From assembly GCA_021648125.1 (NCBI GenBank), contig JAKITK010000006.1, positions 13,640 through 77,639 of the forward strand: a stretch of DNA of 64,000 nucleotides, written 5' to 3'. The notes beneath the pieces were generated by a model. That model searched no databases, was not told where the DNA came from, and saw nothing but the letters and a program-made list of their open reading frames with translations. Every line of letters starts with the position of its first letter. Position 1 is the stretch's first letter. Made by a program: the position numbers and the translations under genes. This DNA comes from Lysobacterales bacterium. GTDB taxonomy: Bacteria; Pseudomonadota; Gammaproteobacteria; Xanthomonadales; SZUA-36. Shown piece by piece: positions 46,759 through 56,042 of the stretch.

Positions 46759-48507
46759 TTAAATTTTATCGATGGTGTTTTTCAATGTTTCTTTGACTTT
46801 TTCTTTAGTCTTTTCTGCCGCTAAAGCCATTTCCCGGAGTTCCCGCCGAAGAATTTTACCAACATTGGTTTTCGGTAGCTCGTCAAAAAACTCAATAATC
46901 TTAGGACGCTTATAGCCAGTAAGTTGTTCTTTGGCGTGTGCGCGCAGATCATCTGCCACCAAATCAGGGGTTTTCTTCACTACACAAATTTTTACAATTT
47001 CACCCGATTTTTCATCAGGAATACCAATAGCAGCTACCTCGAGTACCCCGGGGTGGGCTGCAAATACCTCTTCGATTTCGTTGGGAAATACATTAAAGCC
47101 GGAAACCAGGATCATGTCTTTCTTGCGATCAACAATAAAGAAGTATCCGTTTTCATCCATTTTTGCCACATCGCCAGTACGCAACCAATCGTCATTTTCG
47201 CCACACATGGTATCGGCAGTTGCACTAGGCAGTTGCCAATAGCCTTGCATTACTTGTGGGCCGCGGATACACAGCTCTCCTGGTTCGCCGGTGGCTACAG
47301 GCTGGCATTCATCGTCAATTATCATGGCTTCTGTTGATGATATGGGCAAACCGATAGCACCGGTAAACTCTGTTTGAGTAGTCGGGCTGAAAACAGCTGC
47401 AGGTGAGGTTTCTGTCAGCCCATAGGCTTCCAGAAGCGGTACGCCAGTAACTTCCTTCCAGTGCTCTGCAACCGCGCGTTGCACCGCCATACCGCCGCCC
47501 AAGGACAGCTTCATGCTTGAAAAATCTATATCACTGAACCCTGGCGTATTCAAAAGCCCGTTAAAAAGTGTATTGACACCGGTAATGCCGGTGAATTTTA
47601 TATTACTTAATTCTTTAACAAAACCCGGCATATCCCGTGGATTGGTAATTAACAAATTGCTGCCACCCAGACTTACAAACATCAGGCAATTAGCAGTGAG
47701 CGCAAAGATATGATAAAGCGGCAATGCGGTAACAATGATTTCTTTGCCGGGTTCCAGCATATCACCGAGCCAGACAGTAGACTGCAACATGTTTGCAACT
47801 AGGTTGCCATGGCTCAGCATAGCGCCTTTGGCAACACCGGTTGTACCGCCGGTATACTGTAGAAACGCGAGCTGATCAAGGCTAACATCCTCGGGGGTAA
47901 AGGTCGCAGCGGCGCCTTTCTTCAATGCAGATTTGAAATTGATGCTGTCGGGTAAGTTGTAGTCCGGAACCATCTTTTTGATATGCTTTACGGCGAGATT
48001 TGTCAGCATGCCTTTGGGGAAATCAAGCATGTCGCCAAGCCGGGTTGTGATGACATGTTTAATTGGCACCTTGGGTAGGGTTTTTTCCAAAACATCGGCA
48101 AAGTTTTCCACTATGATTACGGCGCTGGCACCGGCATCGCTAAGTTGGTGGGTTAATTCTCTAACGGTATACAGTGGGTTTGTATTTATCACCACCATAC
48201 CTGCACGCAATATTCCAAATACCGCAATCGGGTACTGCAGTAGATTGGGCATCATAATGGCAACGCGGTCGCCTTTTTTCAAACCAATTGACTGTAGATA
48301 AGCGGCAAAATCTCGGCTGTGTTTATCCAGCTGCGAGTAGCTCATGGAGGTTCCCATGTTAATAAAGGCTGTCCGCTTGGCGTATTTTTCAACGCTCTGA
48401 TTAAATACATCGACAATCGAGGAATAGGTGCTGAGATCTATCTCTTCGGGAACATCGGCCGGGTATCCCTGTAGCCAGGGTTTCTCAGAATAAGGATTAT
48501 TTGACAT
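46759..48507 (-). CDS. fadD: long-chain-fatty-acid--CoA ligase
   Basis: 582 aa. AMP-binding motif [19 protein letters not shown]-like [13 protein letters not shown], and the C-terminal GKILRREL. Confidence 0.9.
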   Translation of the reverse strand: MSNNPYSEKPWLQGYPADVPEEIDLSTYSSIVDVFNQSVEKYAKRTAFINMGTSMSYSQLDKHSRDFAAYLQSIGLKKGDRVAIMMPNLLQYPIAVFGILRAGMVVINTNPLYTVRELTHQLSDAGASAVIIVENFADVLEKTLPKVPIKHVITTRLGDMLDFPKGMLTNLAVKHIKKMVPDYNLPDSINFKSALKKGAAATFTPEDVSLDQLAFLQYTGGTTGVAKGAMLSHGNLVANMLQSTVWLGDMLEPGKEIIVTALPLYHIFALTANCLMFVSLGGSNLLITNPRDMPGFVKELSNIKFTGITGVNTLFNGLLNTPGFSDIDFSSMKLSLGGGMAVQRAVAEHWKEVTGVPLLEAYGLTETSPAAVFSPTTQTEFTGAIGLPISSTEAMIIDDECQPVATGEPGELCIRGPQVMQGYWQLPSATADTMCGENDDWLRTGDVAKMDENGYFFIVDRKKDMILVSGFNVFPNEIEEVFAAHPGVLEVAAIGIPDEKSGEIVKICVVKKTPDLVADDLRAHAKEQLTGYKRPKIIEFFDELPKTNVGKILRRELREMALAAEKTKEKVKETLKNTIDKI

Positions 48508-48682
48508 TTAAGTACTCCATAAAGTTATCAGCATTGACTAACATACTCAAAAACGCCAACTATTACCAATAAAACCGGTAATTTATTTGCCGTTTAGTCG
48601 GCACTTGATTAGTATTCATGTGCAAGAATAAAAAAATCACTCTGGTTTTATCTATAACCACACCCTTGAGCAGGAAGTTTGT

Positions 48683-50611
48683 ATGGGCGAACAAAATGTA
48701 AGCGAACAAGTATCAGATGCGGATCGGCAACGGTTTATGCAGAACTTACTGACTGAGGTCAGAGTGCTAGAACGCATGCTTGATGAGGGTTTATTTGAAA
48801 CCGGTATTCGTAGAGTCGGGGCTGAACAGGAAATGTTTATTGTGGACTCCTCACGGCGGGCCTCCTGTAAAGCATTAGAGATTCTTGAGGAACTGAATGA
48901 CCCCGCTTTTACTACTGAGCTTGGTCTATTCAATCTTGAAGCCAATCTCTCCCCCTATGTGTTAACCGGTCATTGCTTGCGCGATTTAGAAGAGGAGTGT
49001 GAGGGCTACTACCGAAAAGCTCAGGAGGCTGCTCTGAAGAAAGGCGCAGATATTGCCTTGGTTGGAATACTGCCAACTTTATCTGAACGGGACTTGAGTT
49101 TAAAATCAATGGTGCCCAATCCGCGCTACATGGCGCTGAATGATGCCTTGCTTGCGCTTCGCGGCTCAGATTTTCAATTTACGATTAATGGGCTTGATCA
49201 GCTTAATATTCGCCATGACAACATCATGCTAGAGGCCTGCAATACCAGTTTTCAGGTGCACTTTCAGGTTGAACCTGACGAGTTTGCCCGACTTTATAAT
49301 ATTGCCCAAACTATTACTGCACCATTATTATCCTCAGTGGTCAATTCACCGATATTATTGGGCCGGCGTTTATGGATGGAAAGCCGCATTGCGGTATTCG
49401 AAAACGCCATCGATACCCGTACTGATGTAGAGCAACTACGAGGAACGCGTTCACGGGTGCATTTTGGTGATAATTGGGTAGAAAACTCTGTGGCAGAAAT
49501 TTTCAAAGAAGACATTGCCCGATTTCGCCCCATTTTGACCATAGACACCGAAGAAGACCCGATGGCGATGTTAGATAAGGGTATTATCCCAAAATTACAT
49601 GCGCTGAACCTGCACAATGGTACAGTCTACCGTTGGAACAGGGCGTGTTATGGGGTGGCTGATAATGTCGCGCATTTGCGTATCGAAAACCGGGTGATTC
49701 CTTCAGGACCTACGATTGCGGACGAAATAGCAAATACCGCATTTTTTATCGGTCTGATGTCGGGAATGATGAGCAAAGTAAACGATGTTCGCGATCACAT
49801 AGATTTCGCCACCGTTAAAGGTAATTTTTTAGCCTCTGCACGCTACGGTCTGAGTGCTGAGCTGAAATGGTTTAACGACCAAGTCTTACCGGCGCAGGAC
49901 CTTATTCTGGATGAACTCCTACCGTTAGCAGAAAGCGGTTTGCGCAGCAGTGGAATTGCGGCAGACGATATTGAACATTATCTGGGAATTATTGAGCGCC
50001 GGGTTAGTTTACGGCGTACCGGTTCCCGTTGGCAATTAGATTCTCTTGCGCAGATGGAAGGCCAGGGGAGTAAAAATGAACGCCTGCGCAGTCTTACCAG
50101 CAGCATGATTAAACAACAAGGTACGGGTAAACCGGTTCACGAATGGGAGCTTGCAGAGTTTTGCCAGGATCAGGATTGGCGCCAGTCCTACCAGACGGTC
50201 AATCAATATATGACCACCGAATTATTTACAGTGCGGCCAGACGATATTGTCGATTTTGTAGCCAGCCTGATGGACTGGAAACATGTCAGACATGTCCCGG
50301 TTGAAGATGCTGAGGGTAAGCTTGTAGGTCTAATTTCGCATCGGATTTTATTACGCTTATTGGCGCAGGGTAAAATCACTCCTGAAAAAAACCTCACGGT
50401 GGGCAGTATTATGCAAACCGAAATGGTGGTGATTTCACCACAAACCCTCACGGTTGAAGCCATCCGGATGATGCGCGACAACCACATTGCCTGCTTACCG
50501 GTGGTTGAGGATGATAAGTTAGTCGGCATGATTACCGAGCACGATTTGATTGTAGTGGCCTCGCGCCTACTGGAAGAAAGCTTGCTTTCGGTTGCGGATG
50601 ACTGTGATTAA
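48683..50611 (+). CDS. glutamate--cysteine ligase family 2 (carboxylate-amine ligase, YbdK-like) domain fused to a C-terminal CBS pair
   Basis: The N-terminal ~480 aa carry GCS2-like blocks (RVGAEQEMFIVD, NTSFQVHFQV, LRIENRVIPSGPT). The last ~130 aa are two CBS motifs (VRHVPVEDAEGKLVGLISHRIL; IACLPVVEDDKLVGMITEHDL). Confidence 0.7.
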   Translation: MGEQNVSEQVSDADRQRFMQNLLTEVRVLERMLDEGLFETGIRRVGAEQEMFIVDSSRRASCKALEILEELNDPAFTTELGLFNLEANLSPYVLTGHCLRDLEEECEGYYRKAQEAALKKGADIALVGILPTLSERDLSLKSMVPNPRYMALNDALLALRGSDFQFTINGLDQLNIRHDNIMLEACNTSFQVHFQVEPDEFARLYNIAQTITAPLLSSVVNSPILLGRRLWMESRIAVFENAIDTRTDVEQLRGTRSRVHFGDNWVENSVAEIFKEDIARFRPILTIDTEEDPMAMLDKGIIPKLHALNLHNGTVYRWNRACYGVADNVAHLRIENRVIPSGPTIADEIANTAFFIGLMSGMMSKVNDVRDHIDFATVKGNFLASARYGLSAELKWFNDQVLPAQDLILDELLPLAESGLRSSGIAADDIEHYLGIIERRVSLRRTGSRWQLDSLAQMEGQGSKNERLRSLTSSMIKQQGTGKPVHEWELAEFCQDQDWRQSYQTVNQYMTTELFTVRPDDIVDFVASLMDWKHVRHVPVEDAEGKLVGLISHRILLRLLAQGKITPEKNLTVGSIMQTEMVVISPQTLTVEAIRMMRDNHIACLPVVEDDKLVGMITEHDLIVVASRLLEESLLSVADDCD

Positions 50612-51089
50612 ACGGCTAGTTTTATTACTTGCAGTGTTACTATTACAGGGCTGTAGTGAGGAGCCGTACAACTATTCGGAAAGTTTACGCCAGCAAATTA
50701 ACCACCTAGAGCTTGCCTTCAACCAGGGGGAAACTGACTCTGTGTTAGATGCTGTGGCAACCGACTTTCATTCTGAATATTTTCCAGAACGGCGGCAACT
50801 GAGGTTATTTATGTTGCGCCAAAGGCAACAACACAGTCGTCTTACATCGCGCTCCGGCCCGGCGGTCATCCAGCTTCAGTTTACGGCTGATGACGAGTCT
50901 AAAGCCACCACTAAAATCACCGCCAGAGTCAGCTTTCAAAGTCTGTTAACTGGAGGTGGGGGTTGGCTTCCACATAGCGGCCAGTTTTATCACTTTGTTA
51001 CCCACTGGCGCTGGCGGGGCAGTGCTAAGAAAGGCGAAGAGTGGGAGTTGGTTGAGGCTCAGTGGAAAGCGGTACTCGAGCCTCGTTGA
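50598..51089 (+). CDS. hypothetical lipoprotein
   Basis: MTVIKRLVLLLAVLLLQGC lipobox. The ATG at 50598 overlaps the end of the upstream gene by 14 nt. No recognisable domain. Confidence 0.6.
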   Translation: MTVIKRLVLLLAVLLLQGCSEEPYNYSESLRQQINHLELAFNQGETDSVLDAVATDFHSEYFPERRQLRLFMLRQRQQHSRLTSRSGPAVIQLQFTADDESKATTKITARVSFQSLLTGGGGWLPHSGQFYHFVTHWRWRGSAKKGEEWELVEAQWKAVLEPR

Positions 51090-51108
51090 ATGTCATCTTG
51101 TAACTGAC

Positions 51109-52170
51109 TCATAGGCTGCGAATTCCCAGCGGATCCTCGGCATTTATTCCATCCATAAACTGACGACTGCGATCAAGGTTTGTCACCTGATAGACCAGGC
51201 CTAGCCAATTGCTCACAATCGCCTTGGCTGTATCCCCCCAGGTGTTATCAAGGTGTGCTTGTAGTTGGTCTTCAAAAGTGACCGGTAACAGTTCGTTTGA
51301 TTTAGCACTCTGAAGGAATTCTTGTGCGACTTGACGGGCTTCAGGTGAAAAATAATTGCTCGGATAGGCTGGGGTGTCAGTCAACTCATCCTTTAGGTAG
51401 CGTTGAACTTCTCGTTTGTATTCTTTTAATAAACTATTGATGTCATATTCGGGGTGCCCCTGAAAAAATATCATCCGAAACTGATCTGCGCTAACTGCCA
51501 TCTGCACCCCGGCAGCACGGCTAGCCACCAACACAGTTAATCCAGCTTGCTCGAACTGCGCAGCAGAGATTTCGTTGTGGCGCGAGTGCGGCACATCAAA
51601 GCGAGTATTAATATCCCGCAACAATGGGTGCTGCGGCGCTAAGATATGGTGATTAAATACACCCCAGCATTTATCCGACAGTGCTTGGCGCTCGATTCCA
51701 TGCAGTTGCTTGAGAATCGCATGGCTTGCCAGGCAAGAACAGAGAGTAGATGCAACATTCCGATCAGCCCAGTTGACCACCTCCGCAAGTGGCTGCCAGA
51801 AGGTTTCATCTTCAAGTGCTGAGCTGCTAGGGTTAGCACCGGTAATAATCAGCGCGTCTAGGCCCTGTTTTTTTAAATCTTCAAACTTACAATAATACTG
51901 CTCGATATAGTCTTGAGTCTTTCGACTACGATTGATTTCAGGCAGTGAAAAAGGGTAGACATAAAACTGGGCGATACGATTACAATTACCGACTAGGCGA
52001 ATAAATTGGCGCTCGGTAGCTTCTAATGCGGCATCGGGCATCATGTTGAGAATGCCGATGTGTAGTTCACGGATATCTTGGTGCTCGGCTCGCTCGAGTG
52101 AAAGTACTTCTTGACCCTGCTGGCGCAGGCGAGAAAATGTTGGCAGTTGCATATGTTCGACTAATGGCAT
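51109..52170 (-). CDS. metA: homoserine O-acyltransferase, MetA family (long form)
   Basis: Aligns by eye with E. coli MetA (ILNLMP, FYCxFEDL, GLIITGA, STLxxCWA, PHSRH, GHPEY). I prefer ATG 52170 (MPLVEH...) over the track TTG at 52203. Confidence 0.85.
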   Translation of the reverse strand: MPLVEHMQLPTFSRLRQQGQEVLSLERAEHQDIRELHIGILNMMPDAALEATERQFIRLVGNCNRIAQFYVYPFSLPEINRSRKTQDYIEQYYCKFEDLKKQGLDALIITGANPSSSALEDETFWQPLAEVVNWADRNVASTLCSCLASHAILKQLHGIERQALSDKCWGVFNHHILAPQHPLLRDINTRFDVPHSRHNEISAAQFEQAGLTVLVASRAAGVQMAVSADQFRMIFFQGHPEYDINSLLKEYKREVQRYLKDELTDTPAYPSNYFSPEARQVAQEFLQSAKSNELLPVTFEDQLQAHLDNTWGDTAKAIVSNWLGLVYQVTNLDRSRQFMDGINAEDPLGIRSL

Positions 52171-52296
52171 GTTCACAGTGTACCGCTCTAGCGGGAAGAA
52201 CAAAACAGTTCGCGGTCTGATATTCTCAGCTTTTGATAAAACCTAGGCTATACTTTCGCAGTGAGCTCGAATATTAAAAAATAGAATGGAAGCCTG

Positions 52297-52675
52297 ATGG
52301 AGAAGTTCACTCCGGCGGTACGCCATTGGTTTAATCAAAGTTTTTCAAGCGCTACCCCGGTGCAAGTGGCGGCCGTCGTTAATGCCCTAGCTAAGTGGTC
52401 GGGACAGCAGGCCATTGTGCTGGAGCAGGCGGTTAAACTATCTGCATGCCAGCCGTGAAGCTCTCAGTGTCATTCCTACCCAGCAACAGTTGGTCAGCCC
52501 GCAACAACTCTACCGCTATCTAGTTGAGTGGCAGGGTTTGCTCGATTCGGGCAGAAAATTCAGAACCGGTTCAGCAAATTCTTTTATAATTGAAAACGGT
52601 ATACCAACAGAGTTGAGTAGCGAGGTCTATACTCTGGATCCCGGACTAAAGACAAGTACCAATATCAACCATTGA
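52297..52675 (+). pseudogene. remnant of an Lhr-type large ATP-dependent helicase gene
   Basis: A 53-codon ORF from ATG 52297 starts MEKFTPAVRHWFNQSFSSATPVQ, like the Lhr N-terminus (FSPATRDWFxxAFxxPTxxQ). It stops before any Walker A motif. The following frame (52415-52675) contains QQLYRYLVEWQGL, reminiscent of the Lhr DEAD-associated C-terminal region. About 380 bp remain where more than 4 kb is expected. Confidence 0.4.
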
Positions 52676-52746
52676 ATTAGTAAAAGTTGTGGAGCTATTG
52701 TATTAATCCATCACTTTAATCGCTGAAGAAAACTGAGGAATTAGCC

Positions 52747-53388
52747 ATGCGAACCAAGAATATAGTCATTTTAAGTTTATTCATCATTCCATTTATGCTT
52801 TCTGGCTGTGCCACACTTGATGGCGACCCCAATCAGAAAACCAAACAAGGTGCCTTGTGGGGTGCGCTAGCAGGTGCTGCAGCCGGTGCTTTGATTGGCG
52901 ACCCTGAGTTAGACGATATCCTTATTGGCGCCGCCATTGGTGCTGGCTTAGGCGCAGGTGTTGGTCACTACATGGATAAGCAGGAAGCTGAACTGCGTAG
53001 AATCGAAGAGCTTGAAGTGCAGCGAATTGATGAAGAAACCCTACGGGTCAGGTTTGATAGCGATATCTTGTTTGCTGTGAATTCAGCAGTACTAGGTGGC
53101 GATAGTGAATACGCGCTGGTTGAGTTTGCCGGTGTCATGCGTGATTACCCAGAAACAGCGATAGTTGTGCAAGGCTATACCGATTCCACCGGATCAGAAG
53201 AATATAATCAAAAGTTATCTGAACGCCGCGCCCAGTCGGTATTTAATTTCATGATAGGCCAGGATATTTACCCCGAGCGGATGTACTCTGTGGGTTATGG
53301 TGAATCCCATCCGATTGCCGATAACTCAAGCCTTGAAGGTCGGAATGAAAATCGCAGAGTAGAAATACTGATTCGCGGTAAACGCTAA
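52747..53388 (+). CDS. OmpA-family lipoprotein with glycine-zipper segment
   Basis: Lipobox MLSGC, glycine zipper GALWGALAGAAAGALIGD...GAAIGAGLGAGVG, and an OmpA_C domain (FDSDILF..., GYTDSTGSEEYNQKLSERRA, NRRVEI). Confidence 0.9.
   Translation: MRTKNIVILSLFIIPFMLSGCATLDGDPNQKTKQGALWGALAGAAAGALIGDPELDDILIGAAIGAGLGAGVGHYMDKQEAELRRIEELEVQRIDEETLRVRFDSDILFAVNSAVLGGDSEYALVEFAGVMRDYPETAIVVQGYTDSTGSEEYNQKLSERRAQSVFNFMIGQDIYPERMYSVGYGESHPIADNSSLEGRNENRRVEILIRGKR
53295..53388 (+). repeat. direct repeat copy 1: last 94 nt of the ompA-family gene
   Basis: Matches 55288-55381 with about 8 mismatches by eye. The final 33 nt are identical. Confidence 0.85.
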
Positions 53389-53568
53389 CAAATATAAGGG
53401 CGGTACTTTATGGTAGCGCCCCCGTTTGGAGAATAGAGGAGGATCAGTCTGAACCCTATTCTGCCCCTTAACTGCTTGGCTTGGCGGGTTGGTGACGCAG
53501 CAATGACGCATGGATATTCAGGTGGCTGTGTTTTAATTCTGTATTTATACTTATACAGATCAAATACT

Positions 53569-54039
53569 ATGAAACACAATGAAATGAACATAGCTTCAGA
53601 AAAACTGAAATCCTTAAGACAACAAAAAGGCTGGACCCAACAGCATTTAGCCGAGGTCAGTGGAATTAGCCTGAGAACCATCCAACGGGCCGAGTCTTCA
53701 GGTGTTACTTCAACCGATACCATCGGCGCTTTATCAGCTGTTTTTGAAGTTGAACGGAGCTATTGGCAAATTGATACTTTCACCTCTTCAGAAAAACAAC
53801 GGATAATTCAAAAAGGCTTGCGCATAGCTTTGATTTCCATCGCGTTGGCTCAGATCATTTCACTGGTTGTGATTTGGCTATTTGTAGGCACTATCAATAG
53901 CCTGTGGTTAAAATCCATTCTTGCTAGTTGGTTGGTTTTGGGTTTCTGCTTTTTTGTGCACCGTGCAACTGTTCAGCAACTAAACATCCATTCATCTCAA
54001 TCACTCAAAGCTTTACATGACAAGTTTGATAAAAGTTAA
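53569..54039 (+). CDS. XRE-family HTH protein with two C-terminal transmembrane helices
   Basis: From ATG 53569: LKSLRQQKGWTQQHLAEVSGISLRTIQRAE is an HTH_3-type motif. It is followed by hydrophobic helices LRIALISIALAQIISLVVIWLFV and ILASWLVLGFCFFV. Confidence 0.65.
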   Translation: MKHNEMNIASEKLKSLRQQKGWTQQHLAEVSGISLRTIQRAESSGVTSTDTIGALSAVFEVERSYWQIDTFTSSEKQRIIQKGLRIALISIALAQIISLVVIWLFVGTINSLWLKSILASWLVLGFCFFVHRATVQQLNIHSSQSLKALHDKFDKS

Positions 54040-54071
54040 CACTGACAAATGGCTGAAAAACAGGAGAATAG

Positions 54072-54215
54072 GGGGACAGTCTGTCCCGAATGGCACTAAG
54101 TTAAGCCATTCTTGCATTGAATCAACACCTTCTAATTTGGCTTTAAGTAAGGGTTAAGTCGTTGATAGGTCATATGATAAAACCCCTTATCTTAGTGCCA
54201 TTCCAGTCTGTCCCC
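54072..54215. mobile_element. MITE-A copy 2 (144 bp)
   Basis: The core CTGTCCCGAATGGCACTAAGTTAAGCCATTC...CCCCTTATCTTAGTGCCA is near-identical to copy 1 at 28443-28590. The ends are GGGGACAGTCTG... / ...CAGTCTGTCCCC. Confidence 0.7.
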
Positions 54216-54426
54216 TAATCTTGATAATCGAACAGGCGATATCGTTCAGATTTCTGATCGAAATGATACATATTACTTGCTACAAAACCGGACATACTAT
54301 GTACTACTAACAAGGACAAGGCTTATTCTTGACTGCGGGTTCTGATAGTTGTAGTATGAAATATGTGGTGTATAAACATTGTATATCATATGTTGCTTCG
54401 GATTCGTAGATTTATAAACCTGAAGT

Positions 54427-54640
54427 CACTGCTGTCCCGTTAACTTTGTGCCTAGCTGATGATAACCCTTACTATCGTTTGGCGCACACCAGTTTTTGTC
54501 ACCGAGGACATGAATCCCGGGTGCTCGCCTGAGACACGCCGTAAACCCATCCATGGGGGCTCTTCACCCGCATCCATGCGGGTGGAGGTCTCAGGCGAGC
54601 ACCCAGAATTCATGCTTGAACAGTTAACGGGACAGCAGTG
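54427..54640. mobile_element. MITE-B (214 bp) with perfect 18-bp TIRs CACTGCTGTCCCGTTAAC and a 9-bp target-site duplication ACCTGAAGT
   Basis: TIRs are at 54427-54444 and 54623-54640. Identical ACCTGAAGT lies at 54418-54426 and 54641-54649. There is an inner 24-bp inverted repeat, GAATCCCGGGTGCTCGCCTGAGAC / GTCTCAGGCGAGCACCCAGAATTC. No plausible ORF. Confidence 0.8.
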
Positions 54641-54693
54641 ACCTGAAGTGTAAGTTTTTATGGAAATACATCTTTTACTAAGGAAGGTTAAAT

Positions 54694-54933
54694 ATGAAAA
54701 ATACAATTGTTTTTTTAATTCTCGGCATTACCGGATTATATTCGCCAAATTCAATGAGCTCTTCAGACTTTTCATTTGGCTGTGGAGTAGAGCAGTCAAA
54801 TTTTACTGCTGCACAAGCATATGCAACTGCAAACCCAAATAATATGGGCGCTCAAACCGCTGCCAGTAACGCAGCAGCAGTTTATATGGCTTGTCTTGAT
54901 TCACAGAACGCTGTAATTTGGGGACAGGAATAG
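54694..54933 (+). CDS. small secreted hypothetical protein (79 aa, 2 Cys)
   Basis: Signal-like MKNTIVFLILGITGLYSPNSMS, GGAAGG upstream, alanine-rich mature part. No recognisable family. Confidence 0.45.
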   Translation: MKNTIVFLILGITGLYSPNSMSSSDFSFGCGVEQSNFTAAQAYATANPNNMGAQTAASNAAAVYMACLDSQNAVIWGQE

Positions 54934-54965
54934 GGGACCAGACCCGAATGGCACTAAGTTAAGCC
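54933..54965. mobile_element. MITE-A copy 3, left end only (truncated by the IS remnant)
   Basis: GGGGACCAGACCCGAATGGCACTAAGTTAAGCC matches the left ends of copies 1 and 2. Similarity stops abruptly at 54965. Confidence 0.6.
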
Positions 54966-55287
54966 TGTTTCGCATACCATTTAACGCTGCTTGATTGCCT
55001 CTAAAATGAGATAATAGGACATGAAAAACATGACCTTATATCTCCCCGGCTTTCACCTTTCCACACTGCGGAGAAAACCCCGATCTGCAGCTCATAAACT
55101 AGCCGATCAGCTCATTGAAATCCGGCGTAAATCGCTGCGTCAATTGAGCGCGTGTTTTGCAAGTTTTATCCCATCACAGATACTTAAGCCCCATCAATCA
55201 GGCGCACAAAGTCGACGCAGGTTGTTCAGCAAGGAAAATACTTTCTGGCAAGAGATACAGAAGAGATACGAGATACAGGGGGGTAGG
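54966..55287 (+). pseudogene. IS remnant: N-terminal ~75 codons of an IS4-family-like DDE transposase
   Basis: ORF from 55021: ...SGAQSRRRLFSKENTFWQ resembles the N-terminal RxRxFxxxxTFWxFLxQVL block I recall from IS4-family transposases. The reading frame then degenerates and fuses to the second ompA 3' copy. No DDE domain is present. Confidence 0.45.
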
Positions 55288-55381
55288 CTATGGTGAATCC
55301 CACCCGATTGCTGATAATTCAAGCCTTGCAGGCCGGAATGAAAACCGTAGAGTAGAAATACTGATTCGCGGTAAACGCTAA
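55288..55381 (+). repeat. direct repeat copy 2: orphan 3' end of an ompA-family gene (encodes GYGESHPIADNSSLAGRNENRRVEILIRGKR)
   Basis: Matches 53295-53388. It has no upstream ompA coding sequence. Confidence 0.85.
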
Positions 55382-55427
55382 TAAACGGAGGGAAGGGCGA
55401 CACCTTAAGGTACCGTCCCTCTGCTTA

Positions 55428-56042
55428 TCACCCCAAAATTTTAGTACAGGCATCAATGGTTTTTTTACGCCCGAACATCAGATCAAAGCGAGAACCTCCC
55501 AGTTGCACCCACAATCGGGCTGAGCGCAATCCGGCGAACAACAAAGATCGAATCCAGCTAAGGGTTCTTTCATTTTGCAGGTGTGTAGGTTTGCCATTGA
55601 CCATAATTCGAGAAGACAGCGTACTGATGGTCCTCTGGTAAAGCTCACCCAGCGCTGTTGCCTGGAGGTCCATAAGGTCGCTGTTATCGCTGTCCAGCTT
55701 ACTGATATCAGTGAGTACTTCGCCGATTTCTTGGCGCATGGCCCGATCGGCCCGGTACTTTTTTTCTAGCTGCAGCAGCTCAACCGCATAAGCCAGAATT
55801 TGTCCACTTTGTTGTTCTCCTCCTAAAGCGCTGCGCAGTGCTTTTAAGCCCATGTTGACGCCGTATTCACCGGTATAAACATCCTCTACTGTTTCTGGAT
55901 TTAACACAAACAGACTCTGGATGCTCTGTTCAGCCGCATAGCCGGACCACTGACCTGTTGTGGCCGCTTGATGCACCAGTTCAGCTGCCTGAAAGACGCC
56001 TGCCAACGCGAGAGTTTGTTCTTTTAATTGTTGCTTGAGCAT
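55428..56042 (-). CDS. hflD: high frequency of lysogenization protein HflD
   Basis: 204 aa. [22 protein letters not shown]-terminus, conserved position downstream of mnmA. Confidence 0.88.
   Translation of the reverse strand: MLKQQLKEQTLALAGVFQAAELVHQAATTGQWSGYAAEQSIQSLFVLNPETVEDVYTGEYGVNMGLKALRSALGGEQQSGQILAYAVELLQLEKKYRADRAMRQEIGEVLTDISKLDSDNSDLMDLQATALGELYQRTISTLSSRIMVNGKPTHLQNERTLSWIRSLLFAGLRSARLWVQLGGSRFDLMFGRKKTIDACTKILG

Noticed and set aside
54427-54640. Retron msr/msd or other structured ncRNA gene, suggested by the nested long inverted repeats
   Set aside because: No reverse transcriptase gene is adjacent. The perfect 9-bp direct duplication ACCTGAAGT flanking perfect 18-bp TIRs is the signature of transposition, so MITE is the simpler call. 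A structured transcript is still possible.
55157-55381. 74-aa ORF ending in an OmpA-like C-terminus as a real small OmpA-family gene
   Set aside because: Only the last ~31 codons are OmpA-like, and they correspond to the 94-nt direct repeat. The upstream part is an out-of-frame reading of the transposase stump, so the ORF is a chimeric accident.
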